64,000 bases of DNA from Armatimonadota bacterium (GTDB taxonomy: Bacteria; Armatimonadota; Fimbriimonadia; Fimbriimonadales; GBS-DC). Positions 9,385 to 17,981 of the stretch are shown here, in pieces. The notes beneath the pieces were generated by a model. The model did no database searches. It worked only from the letters and a program-made list of their open reading frames with translations, and was not told the DNA's origin. How positions within the stretch are numbered: position 1 is the stretch's first letter; every line of letters starts with the position of its first letter. The translations under genes and the position numbers were made by a program. The stretch spans positions 28,340 through 92,339 of the forward strand of contig JBBIJY010000012.1 in NCBI GenBank assembly GCA_037445735.1, in the 5' to 3' direction.

Positions 9385-11790
9385 ATGCTGAATGAACACT
9401 CGACCACTGGCAGGGCTGCCGTGCTGGGCGCGGGCACGATGGGCGCGCAGATTGCAGCGCATCTTGCCAATATCGGCTGGCAGGTATTGCTCTTAGATAT
9501 CGTGCCGACCAGCCTGATGCCCGATGAAGAGGCGCGCGGGCTAACCCTCCAGCACAGAGAGGTGCGCAATCGTATCGCCCGCACAGGGCTGGAGCGCGTA
9601 AGCAAGCTGAAACCCGCGCCTTTCTATCTGCCCGAACTCGCCAGCCGAATCGAAATCGGCAACTTCGAAGACGATTTGCCCCGCCTCAAAGAAGCTGACT
9701 GGGTGATCGAAGCGGTGGTGGAAGACCCCACCATCAAACGCCAGCTGTGGACGCGCGTGCAGGACTATGTGAACCCCAGCGCCATCCTGTCCACCAACAC
9801 CAGCGGGCTGTCGATCCACGAGATGAGCGACGATTGCCGCGACGACATCAAGCGGCGGTTTATGGGCACCCACTTTTTCAACCCGCCCCGCTACCTCAAG
9901 TTGCTGGAGATCATCCCGCGTCACGAGACTGAACCCGATCTGGTAGCAGGCATGGTGCGTTTCGCCGAGCGCGTGCTGGGCAAGCGCGTGGTGATTGCCC
10001 GCGACACGCCCGGCTTCATCGCCAATCGGCTCGGCATCCACAGCATGATGATTGTGTTCCCGCTGATGCAGGAGTTCGGGCTAACGATTGAGGAGGTGGA
10101 CGCGCTCACCGGTCCGCTGGTCGGGCATCCACGCAGTGCCACTTTCCGTTTAGCCGATATCGTGGGGCTGGATGTGATGGCGAGCGTTGCCCGCAACCTG
10201 CATGAACGGCTGACCACCCCCGAAGAGAAGGCGGTCTTCGCGCTGCCCGAGGTGGTTCAGCGGATGATCGCCGAAGGCAGGCTGGGTGAGAAAGCGGGTG
10301 CAGGTTTCTACCGTCGCCTGCCCGATGGCACCATCGAAACGCTCGATCTCGAAACTTTCGAGTACCGCCCGCGTCAGCGTCCGAATTTCCCGCACCTTGA
10401 ACCGCTGGAGAAGCTACCGCTGGAGGAGCGCCTGCGCGCGCTGGTCAACCACGACAGCCGCGAAGGGCGGTTCCTGTGGCGATTACACGCTGAGGGTCTG
10501 CACTATGTGGCGACCCACGCGCCCGAACTCACTGATGACCCCACCACCATCGATAACGCCATCAAGTGGGGCTTCAACTGGGAGCTGGGTCCGTTCGAAA
10601 TCTGGGATGCGCTCGGCGTGCGCGAAACCGCCGAACGGCTCCAGCAAGACGGCAAAACTGTACCCCCCATTGTGCAACAGCTTCTGCAAAAGGGGCGCAC
10701 CCGCTTCTATGAGACCACCAGGACAGGCGAGACCACTCTCTTCGTATGGGTGGAGGGCGGCACAGTGGTACCGTATCGCCCTGATGAGGAGTTCCTCACG
10801 CCGAATGCGATGGCGCGTACCAAACCCAAACTGGACGGCAACAGCGATGCCTCGCTTTTTGACCTGGGCGACGGCGTCTACTGCATGGGCATCCACACCA
10901 AGATGAACACGCTCGGACCCAGCGTGATGGAGATGCTTTACAAGAGCATCGACCGTGCCGAGCGCGAAGCGAAAGGGCTGGTCATCACTGGCATCGGCGA
11001 GCATTTCTCCGTCGGGTTCAACATCCAGCTGTTTTTGATGATGATCGGTGCAGGCGACTTCGATGAGCTGATGATGGGCGATAAGGCATTTCAGGATTCG
11101 CTACTGCGCCTGCGCTATGCAAAGGTGCCCGTGGTGGCTGCGGTGTTCGGCTACACGCTGGGCGGTGGCTGCGAGCTGGCGATGCACTGCGACAAAGTGG
11201 TCGCCAGCGCGGAGACCTACATCGGCTTGCCGGAGGTGGGCGTGGGTATCATCCCGGCAGGTGGCGGCACCACCACGATGCTCCGCCGCGCACTGAGCGC
11301 TCTGCCACCGAACGCCGACCCCTACCCCGCCATTCGGCGCGTGCTGGAGACGCTCGGCTTCGGCAAGGTCGCCACCAGCGCATTAGAAGGGGTTCAGCTC
11401 GGCTTCCTGCGGGAGGGCGTCGACCATGTGGTGGTTAATCCCGACCGCCTGCTGTGGGCTGCCAGGCAGGAAGTGTTGCACCTTGCCGATGTGGGCTATC
11501 AGCCGCCTGAAGAGCCGAAAATCATGGCGTACGGCGATTCGGTCTACTCGCGTCTGCTGGTGGAACTGCACAACCTGCGTCGAGGCAACTTCATCACCGA
11601 TCACGACCTGCTGATTACCTCCCAGCTGGCGTATGTGCTGACAGGAGGCGACCTCACCCAGCCGACCGAGATGCCCGAATCGTACTTCTACAATCTGGAG
11701 GTGCAGGTGGTCGGCTTGCTGGCGCAACAACCGAAGACATGGGAACGCATGCGCCACATGCTCGAAAAGGGCAAACCGCTACGCAACTGA
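9385..11790 (+). CDS. fadN: 3-hydroxyacyl-CoA dehydrogenase / enoyl-CoA hydratase fusion (FadN-like)
   Basis: VLGAGTMGAQIA, STNTSG, GTHFFNPPRY, C-terminal crotonase LGGGCE and GLPEVGVG; RBS GGAGG before ATG 9385. Confidence 0.88.
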   Translation: MLNEHSTTGRAAVLGAGTMGAQIAAHLANIGWQVLLLDIVPTSLMPDEEARGLTLQHREVRNRIARTGLERVSKLKPAPFYLPELASRIEIGNFEDDLPRLKEADWVIEAVVEDPTIKRQLWTRVQDYVNPSAILSTNTSGLSIHEMSDDCRDDIKRRFMGTHFFNPPRYLKLLEIIPRHETEPDLVAGMVRFAERVLGKRVVIARDTPGFIANRLGIHSMMIVFPLMQEFGLTIEEVDALTGPLVGHPRSATFRLADIVGLDVMASVARNLHERLTTPEEKAVFALPEVVQRMIAEGRLGEKAGAGFYRRLPDGTIETLDLETFEYRPRQRPNFPHLEPLEKLPLEERLRALVNHDSREGRFLWRLHAEGLHYVATHAPELTDDPTTIDNAIKWGFNWELGPFEIWDALGVRETAERLQQDGKTVPPIVQQLLQKGRTRFYETTRTGETTLFVWVEGGTVVPYRPDEEFLTPNAMARTKPKLDGNSDASLFDLGDGVYCMGIHTKMNTLGPSVMEMLYKSIDRAEREAKGLVITGIGEHFSVGFNIQLFLMMIGAGDFDELMMGDKAFQDSLLRLRYAKVPVVAAVFGYTLGGGCELAMHCDKVVASAETYIGLPEVGVGIIPAGGGTTTMLRRALSALPPNADPYPAIRRVLETLGFGKVATSALEGVQLGFLREGVDHVVVNPDRLLWAARQEVLHLADVGYQPPEEPKIMAYGDSVYSRLLVELHNLRRGNFITDHDLLITSQLAYVLTGGDLTQPTEMPESYFYNLEVQVVGLLAQQPKTWERMRHMLEKGKPLRN

Positions 11791-11864
11791 AAAAATCCCC
11801 CCGATGAGAGCAGTATGAAAAACCCCCTCCCTCTGAAGGGGAGGGGGAGACCAATCGCGCGTTG

Positions 11865-13079
11865 CTACCGCCTCTGCATCTTGCGCTCTGCTGCCTGGAG
11901 AGTCTCGCGAATCGTGAACCCCAGTGGCTGTCCCGACCCAACCTTGCGCCGTGCCGACTGGAGCGCTTCGGCTGCGCCCGGCGGAACAAAGTTATGCCAC
12001 TGGTTCCGTGCCTGCGTGCCCCACCAGTCCATTCGCTCGCTATAGCACCAGACATACTCATCAGTAAGATAGAGCGCCCAGTAGGCGTTATGTTCCAGCC
12101 AGCGAGCGCGCTCCTCTGGCGAGAGAAAGAAGCTTACAAAACGCTCGGGATTCGGCTGACGCAGCGCGAACAGCTGATCCATATACAGCGCGAAGCCCGC
12201 CTGCACATGCGATGAATACTTGCGCCGGTTCTCAGGCGCAACCAGCGTGAGCGCCCGCTGCTTCATCAGATGATAGGCGCGAAAATACTGCTCGGCGTCC
12301 TGATAGTAATATGCCGATTCGTTGCCGTCCACAATCAGTGTCTGTCCGCTGATGGCATCCAGCATCCCGTTCAGGAAGGCAGGCAGTAAACCATAGGGGT
12401 GATTGTTGAGGCGTCGGGTGCGTTCCTCTCGATCGGGGATGTCCACAATAGTCGGAAACTGGCTCAGCTGAAAGAAAGTTAGCAGGCGCAGATCGGGGAA
12501 CTCGCTCTGTAATGCCTGTAGAAAGCGTGCCCCGCACTCCCGCACGCGGCGCTGGTACTGATCAAAACTTTTGCGTTGTGCCTGCGGTTGAGAAGGATAG
12601 TGCCACGGATTGCCGTTGTACGGTTCGGGATCGAAACAGATGCCGACCATTTTGCCCTCTCTGGCGATTCGGGCAATCAGGCGCGCGTTCTGCTCGGCAG
12701 CCTGCCAGTGCTGGGCGTCGAACCAGTCCCAGCCTTTTTGCGCGGTGCTCCACATCAGCACAAAGTTTTCAGTGAACCGCTCAAACGGGGTCGCCTGCAG
12801 GTTGGCACGGTCGTCGATGTACTCGGTAGCATCGGTCGGGCGGGCGCGGAAGATATGAACCGGATAAGTCTGCCAGCCACCTTTGAGGCGAATCACAATC
12901 CCATCAAAGAAGGGACACTTCTGCTCCATCGCGCGAATGTTTGCCCGCACAAATGCGGGGTCGGGTACGCCCCAACCGTACTGGATCAATTTCTTGCGCG
13001 GTCGATCACCCTGCACCTGTTGCGCGATAACCAACTTTCTGGAAGCCCGGTAAGCATGCCGAGCCAGTCTCTCACGCAT
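11865..13079 (-). CDS. Hypothetical protein, possibly a glycoside-hydrolase-like TIM barrel
   Basis: Long ORF with RBS; FDGIVI, GICFDPEPY and IVDGNE motifs; aromatic-rich. Confidence 0.65.
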   Translation of the reverse strand: MRERLARHAYRASRKLVIAQQVQGDRPRKKLIQYGWGVPDPAFVRANIRAMEQKCPFFDGIVIRLKGGWQTYPVHIFRARPTDATEYIDDRANLQATPFERFTENFVLMWSTAQKGWDWFDAQHWQAAEQNARLIARIAREGKMVGICFDPEPYNGNPWHYPSQPQAQRKSFDQYQRRVRECGARFLQALQSEFPDLRLLTFFQLSQFPTIVDIPDREERTRRLNNHPYGLLPAFLNGMLDAISGQTLIVDGNESAYYYQDAEQYFRAYHLMKQRALTLVAPENRRKYSSHVQAGFALYMDQLFALRQPNPERFVSFFLSPEERARWLEHNAYWALYLTDEYVWCYSERMDWWGTQARNQWHNFVPPGAAEALQSARRKVGSGQPLGFTIRETLQAAERKMQRR

Positions 13080-13102
13080 GGCGATTCCCCTCCATCAGAA
13101 CG

Positions 13103-13130
13103 ATTCGCACTGGACGGAGCCGAATCCTGC
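13103..13130 (-). promoter_or_regulatory. GCAGGA-N18-GAAT (SigH-like) promoter
   Basis: Motif recurs upstream of 7 genes in this window. Confidence 0.6.
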
Positions 13131-13140
13131 CCACAACCCC

Positions 13141-13168
13141 TAAAGATTACCAGCCCCGCTGCCGATAA
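13141..13168 (+). promoter_or_regulatory. Consensus sigma-28 promoter
   Basis: TAAA-N16-GCCGATAA, 52 nt before the ATG at 13221. Confidence 0.8.
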
Positions 13169-13220
13169 TATTGACGGGACACGCGTGAACCCAAATCTCT
13201 CACTCTGAAGGAGGTTAGCG

Positions 13221-13619
13221 ATGCAGAAGGTGTTCTTTGCGACAGGTGGTTCGGAGTTCAGCCGCTATGCGAGCGGCACGCCCAGCAGCTGGTATATCAG
13301 CACCGCGACCAGCACCGAGCAGACGCTCACCGAGTATCAACAGGGCAGCTGGAGCGCGGTCTTCGTCTATGTTGGCAGCCCGACGAGCTCGACCAACCAG
13401 TTCAACGCCCAGTCGTTCATCAACTTCGTGCGCACCCAGTCGACCAACCCGAACATCCCCGTGTTTCTGATCATTCCCGCCCAGTATGCGTCCCAGGCGT
13501 CCACACTCCAGCAGACCACGAACGCGACCGGCTATGTCATCTGGGACCCGAACAACCCCGCGGAGTTCGTGAATCAGGTTCAGACCACGCTCACCCGCTA
13601 CAATGTGGTGGCTGCCTGA
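13221..13619 (+). CDS. Degenerate receiver-like (pseudo-REC) protein, Ser/Thr/Gln-rich
   Basis: Strong RBS. STATSTEQTL..SAVFVY, FINFVRTQSTNPNIPVFLI and GYVIWDPNNPAEFVNQV follow the REC pattern but lack the catalytic Asp and Lys. Confidence 0.65.
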   Translation: MQKVFFATGGSEFSRYASGTPSSWYISTATSTEQTLTEYQQGSWSAVFVYVGSPTSSTNQFNAQSFINFVRTQSTNPNIPVFLIIPAQYASQASTLQQTTNATGYVIWDPNNPAEFVNQVQTTLTRYNVVAA

Positions 13620-13642
13620 GCGGACGCGCTTCTGATCCGCCG

Positions 13643-13674
13643 AAACCCCTCCCCACTCCTGGGGAGGGGTTTTT
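13643..13674. terminator. Intrinsic terminator between convergent genes
   Basis: AAACCCCTCCCCA-CTCC-TGGGGAGGGGTTTTT hairpin with T tract. Confidence 0.85.
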
Positions 13675-13688
13675 ATGTTTGCGGGAGT

Positions 13689-14903
13689 TTATGCGCTTCG
13701 CAGTTGCGGCTCGGTGGAGATGGTCAGGGGCGGCTGGAGGCGTTCCGCTTCGGCGGCGGGCAGGAAGATGGAGAAGCGCGTGCCTTTGCCCACCTCGCTG
13801 GCGACCCGAATCGTGCCGTTATGCTCCGCGATGACCTGCCGGGCGATGGAGAGTCCCAGCCCTGTGCCCTCCGCTTTGCGCGTGTAGAACGGCTCGAAGA
13901 TTCGCTCCAGAGCATCGGGCGGGATGCCCTCGCCTGTATCTTCCACATGCACCCACACGCCTCTGGGATCTTCGGATGGCTCGCTGGTGACGGTGATGAC
14001 GCCGCCTGCGGGCGTCGCCTGCTGGGCGTTGATCAGCAGGTTGGTGAATACCTGCTGGAGGCGGGCGGCATTTCCCCACACGGGCGGCAAGTCAGGCGTC
14101 AGGTTCTTCTGCAGCACCAGCCCATGCCGCAACAGCACATGCTCGGTGAACACGAACGAATCGCTCAGCACCTGATTGATGTTCACGAGGCTGCGCTGGG
14201 CGGGGTCGGAGGTGCGGGCAAAGCGCAGGAGCGTGCTGACAATATCGCGAGCGCGATAGACGCCCTGCATCATGTTCTCCAGCGCATGGAGCAACCGTTC
14301 ACTTTCGGCGTCGGACAGCTCACTCGCGCGTTTGTGCTTGAGTTTCTCGTAAATCATCTGGGCGAAGCCCAGCACGGCGGTCAGCGGGTTGTTCAGCTCG
14401 TGCGCCACGCCCGCCGCCAGCTGCCCGATTGCCGACATCTTCTCGTTCTGGATGAGCGCCTCCGACTTCTGCTTCAGCTCCTCATAGGCTTGCTGGAGCT
14501 GTTCGAAGAGCATGCGATTGTGCCGCCGCAGGTTGCGTCGCTCCAGCGCGCGCTCCACGATGGTGTTCAGCACGGCGATATCGTCCAGCGGCTTGAGCAG
14601 ATATTCGAAGATGTTGCCCGCCTTGAACGCCTGCAGCGCGTTTTCGAGCGTGCCGTGCCCCGTCAGCACGATGATCTCGGTGTCGGGATGGAGTTCGTGT
14701 GCCGCGCTGATGACGCTCAAGCCATCCTTGCGGGGCATCTTCATGTCGGTGATGACGACGGGATACTCGCGCTGTCGCAGTTTCTGGATGGCTTCCTCGC
14801 CGTTGCTGGCGGTCTCCACCTGAAAGCCCCCCATTTGCAACTGACGCGCCAGCACATAGCGCAAATCTTCCTCATCGTCCACAATCAGGATCGGTTCCTC
14901 CAC
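13689..14903 (-). CDS. Hybrid response regulator receiver + histidine kinase
   Basis: ILIVDDE, ITDMKMP, H-box GVAHELNNPL, N-box NLLINA, DTGEGI, GTGLGL. Confidence 0.92.
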   Translation of the reverse strand: MEEPILIVDDEEDLRYVLARQLQMGGFQVETASNGEEAIQKLRQREYPVVITDMKMPRKDGLSVISAAHELHPDTEIIVLTGHGTLENALQAFKAGNIFEYLLKPLDDIAVLNTIVERALERRNLRRHNRMLFEQLQQAYEELKQKSEALIQNEKMSAIGQLAAGVAHELNNPLTAVLGFAQMIYEKLKHKRASELSDAESERLLHALENMMQGVYRARDIVSTLLRFARTSDPAQRSLVNINQVLSDSFVFTEHVLLRHGLVLQKNLTPDLPPVWGNAARLQQVFTNLLINAQQATPAGGVITVTSEPSEDPRGVWVHVEDTGEGIPPDALERIFEPFYTRKAEGTGLGLSIARQVIAEHNGTIRVASEVGKGTRFSIFLPAAEAERLQPPLTISTEPQLRSA

Positions 14904-14981
14904 TGCGGTTCACCTCTGTGTTTGACTCGCTGGTCAGGATTTTCGGCAGATACGCCCCTTTTTTGGAGCGGGCATCCGTCG

Positions 14982-15008
14982 GCAGGAAGCGCACGCCCTT
15001 TATCGAAC
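14982..15008 (+). promoter_or_regulatory. GCAGGA-N17-GAAC (SigH-like) promoter of the ComM-like gene
   Basis: Recurrent motif, 22 nt before the ATG. Confidence 0.55.
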
Positions 15009-15030
15009 CTGCGGGTGAACGGAGCGAGCG

Positions 15031-16569
15031 ATGTTAGCGAAGGTCGATAGCGCGGCGTTGCACGGGATTGATGCCTTCACGGTTCAGGTGGAGGTCGATA
15101 TGCAGCCGGGTATGCCCCACTGGACGCTGGTGGGGCTGCCCGACACGGCGGTGCAGGAATCGCGCGAGCGCGTGCGCACCGCCATCCGCAATGTGGGGCT
15201 GGACTTCCCCCTGCGAAAGTTGACCATCAATCTCGCGCCTGCCGATGTGCGCAAAGAGGGACCCGCCTATGATCTGCCGATTGCCGTCGGCATTCTGGCG
15301 GTCTCGGAACAGATTCCGCTCGATCGGCTGGACGAGACGCTGATTGTGGGCGAGCTGTCGCTGGATGGGAGCGTGCGCGCGGTGAACGGCGTGCTGTCGA
15401 TCGCCCTGCACGCGCGCGAGTCGGGCAAGCGACGGCTGATCGTGCCCGCGGTGAACGCGCTCGAAGCCGCTGTCGTGCGCGAGATAGAGGTGATTGGCGT
15501 CGACAGTCTGGTGGATGTGGTGCAATACTTTCACGATCCTGACAGTCGTCCGCCGACGCGCGTCGATGTGAACGCGCTGTTGAGCGCGCTGCCCGATTAT
15601 GAGGTCGACTTCGCCGAGATTCGGGGTCAGGAGCAGGCGAAGCGGGCGCTAGAGATTGCGGCGGCGGGCGGGCACAATGTGCTATTAATAGGACCGCCAG
15701 GTTCAGGCAAGACGATGCTGGCGCGGCGGCTGCCCACCATTTTGCCACCGATGACGCTGGAGGAGGCGTTGCAGACCACGCGCCTCTATAGCGCGGCAGG
15801 ACTGCTGCCGCCCCGAACGGGACTGATGACCACGCGCCCGTTCCGCTCACCCCATCACACCACCTCCTACGCTGCGCTGGTGGGCGGCGGCACCATCCCG
15901 CGCCCTGGCGAAATCTCGCTCGCGCATAACGGCGTGCTGTTTCTGGACGAGCTGCCAGAGTTCAAGCGCGATGTGCTGGAGGCGTTGCGCCAGCCGCTGG
16001 AAGATGGCGTCGTGTCGGTGTCGCGCGTGCAGGCTGCCGTGCAGTTCCCCGCGCAGACCATGCTGGTCGCTGCGATGAACCCCTGTCCGTGCGGCTTTCA
16101 CGGCGACCCCCAGCACAACTGCAACTGCTCGCCCACGATGATCCGCAAATATCTGCAGCGCATCTCGGGTCCGTTGCTGGATCGGATCGATATTCACTTA
16201 GAGGTGCCGCGCCTGCGGCAGGATGAGCTGATGAGCCTTCAGCAGGGTGAGCCGTCGGCTGCCATTCGCGAGCGGGTGGTGCGCGCCCGCCTGCGCCAGC
16301 TGGAACGGCTCCAACCTTACGGGCTGGTCTGCAACGCGCAGATGAGCAGCAAGCTCGTGCGCCACTTCTGCCCGATCGGGGAGGAGGTGCGCGCCTACCT
16401 GCGGAACGCCGTGCAGCGACTGGGGCTGAGCGCCCGCGCCTTTGACCGCATCCTCAAAATCGCCCGCACCATCGCCGACCTCGAAGGCGAAGAGCAGATT
16501 CAACTCCCGCACATCGCTGAAGCCGTGCAATATCGCAGCATCGACCGCCGATTCTGGGGCACCGGGTGA
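15031..16569 (+). CDS. comM: YifB/ComM family Mg-chelatase-like AAA+ ATPase
   Basis: VGLPDTAVQESRERV, INLAPAD, GPPGSGKT, PGEISLAHNGVLFLDE, AMNPCPCG. Confidence 0.92.
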   Translation: MLAKVDSAALHGIDAFTVQVEVDMQPGMPHWTLVGLPDTAVQESRERVRTAIRNVGLDFPLRKLTINLAPADVRKEGPAYDLPIAVGILAVSEQIPLDRLDETLIVGELSLDGSVRAVNGVLSIALHARESGKRRLIVPAVNALEAAVVREIEVIGVDSLVDVVQYFHDPDSRPPTRVDVNALLSALPDYEVDFAEIRGQEQAKRALEIAAAGGHNVLLIGPPGSGKTMLARRLPTILPPMTLEEALQTTRLYSAAGLLPPRTGLMTTRPFRSPHHTTSYAALVGGGTIPRPGEISLAHNGVLFLDELPEFKRDVLEALRQPLEDGVVSVSRVQAAVQFPAQTMLVAAMNPCPCGFHGDPQHNCNCSPTMIRKYLQRISGPLLDRIDIHLEVPRLRQDELMSLQQGEPSAAIRERVVRARLRQLERLQPYGLVCNAQMSSKLVRHFCPIGEEVRAYLRNAVQRLGLSARAFDRILKIARTIADLEGEEQIQLPHIAEAVQYRSIDRRFWGTG

Positions 16570-16617
16570 AAATCGATGTCCGCTTTTTGGGGGTTTTTTG
16601 AGTCTATTAAGGGTGGA

Positions 16618-16720
16618 TGACCTCTCACAGGGGTCAGCCAACAGGGCGAAAATTTAGAGACATCGGCGGCGCTGGGCTTTGATCCTCCTTTCGACAGCGT
16701 CGCCCATTTTTTTTTCGCCT
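16618..16720 (+). ncRNA. Candidate structured RNA or terminator with anti-Shine-Dalgarno loop
   Basis: Hairpin at 16618-16636; stem GGCGGCGCTG/CAGCGTCGCC (16665-16704) with a loop containing GATCCTCCTTTC, then a T9 run. Confidence 0.4.
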
Positions 16721-16775
16721 GCATAACAGCGCCCCGACGGGTATACCCTGCATAACAACGCCCCGACGGGTATAC
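16718..16775 (+). repeat. 29-bp tandem duplication upstream of htrA (probable duplicated promoter)
   Basis: CCTGCATAACA(G/A)CGCCCCGACGGGTATAC x2, one mismatch. Confidence 0.85.
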
Positions 16776-16794
16776 TGGGAAAGGAGGCGAGGTT

Positions 16795-17964
16795 ATGAAA
16801 ACGGCGGGTCAGACGATGCGTAAGGTGCTGGGGTTCCTGCTACTGTTCGCGTGCGGTTTTGTGGCGGGCGTGTATGTGCTGCGCACCTATTTCCCGGGGT
16901 TGCTTGTGAACGGCTTATCGGCGCCGGCGCAGGTGAGCGAGCCGAGCAGGCGGGCGCTGCTCGCCACGCTGGAGGCGCCAGTGCCTGCAGGTGCGCCGCC
17001 CACCTCCTTCGAGACGATGCTGCGAACCGCCACCGAGCGTATCGCGCCTGCTGTTGTGAATGTGGACACCTCCGGTGAAGTGCTGACCTGGTGGGGTGAA
17101 GCCCGCCGCGTGGAGGGCAAAGGCTCCGGCGTGATTATCAATAAGGACGGTTTCGTGGTCACGAACAACCATGTGATCCGAATCCGCAACGAGATAGCGC
17201 CGCAAATCATCGTGACGCTGGCTGATGGGCGACGGTTCCGCGCGCGCGTCATCGGCACCGACTCCTACAACGATATTGCTCTGCTCAAGATCGATGGGAC
17301 GAACCTGCCCGTTGCGCCGCTGGGCGACTCCGACCAGTTGCATGTGGGGGACTGGGTGATTGCCGTGGGCAACCCGTTCGGGCTGGAGAACACGGTGACG
17401 GCAGGCATCGTCAGCGCGTTGAACCGCAATCTGTCAGGGGGTGAGGAGGTGCCAGGCGGTCTGATTCAGACCGACGCAGCGATCAACGCGGGCAACTCCG
17501 GGGGCGCACTGGCGAACTCACGCGGGCAACTGGTCGGCATCAACACCGCCATCTATTCGCCAGTGGGCGCCAATGTGGGCATCGGCTTCGCCATCCCCAT
17601 CAATCGGGTGCGTCAGGTGGTGCGCGATATTCTGGAGCATGGCTCCATCGGCAGAGTGTGGCTGGGGATTGGCTACCGCGACATCAGCGATCCCGCGCTG
17701 CGCCGCCTGCTGCAGGAACAGTTCCCCGACCTGCGCTTCCCGAAGCAGGGCATGCTGATTGTGAATGTGGTAGAGGGCGCGCCCGCTCATCGAGCAGGCA
17801 TCCAGCCGCTGGATGTGCTGATTGCGATGGACGGACGCACGCTGACCAGCATCGAGCAGTTCCAGCAGATGATCCGCCGCGTGCGCCTGAACCGACCCAT
17901 CCGATTCATCGTCTGGCGTGCAGGGCGCACGCTGACCATCGATGTGGTGCCCGTCGAGCGGTGA
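16795..17964 (+). CDS. HtrA/DegP-like serine protease with one PDZ domain
   Basis: N-terminal TM, GSGVII, TNNHV, DIALL, QTDAAINAGNSGG, C-terminal PDZ. Confidence 0.93.
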   Translation: MKTAGQTMRKVLGFLLLFACGFVAGVYVLRTYFPGLLVNGLSAPAQVSEPSRRALLATLEAPVPAGAPPTSFETMLRTATERIAPAVVNVDTSGEVLTWWGEARRVEGKGSGVIINKDGFVVTNNHVIRIRNEIAPQIIVTLADGRRFRARVIGTDSYNDIALLKIDGTNLPVAPLGDSDQLHVGDWVIAVGNPFGLENTVTAGIVSALNRNLSGGEEVPGGLIQTDAAINAGNSGGALANSRGQLVGINTAIYSPVGANVGIGFAIPINRVRQVVRDILEHGSIGRVWLGIGYRDISDPALRRLLQEQFPDLRFPKQGMLIVNVVEGAPAHRAGIQPLDVLIAMDGRTLTSIEQFQQMIRRVRLNRPIRFIVWRAGRTLTIDVVPVER

Positions 17965-17981
17965 AGCGGGGCACGCTGCGT

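Noticed and set aside
13704-15050. Long antisense ORFs (also 616-1785, 20230-21408, 25788-27305, 62336-63955 and others)
   Set aside because: Shadow frames of GC-rich genes with clear motifs on the opposite strand.
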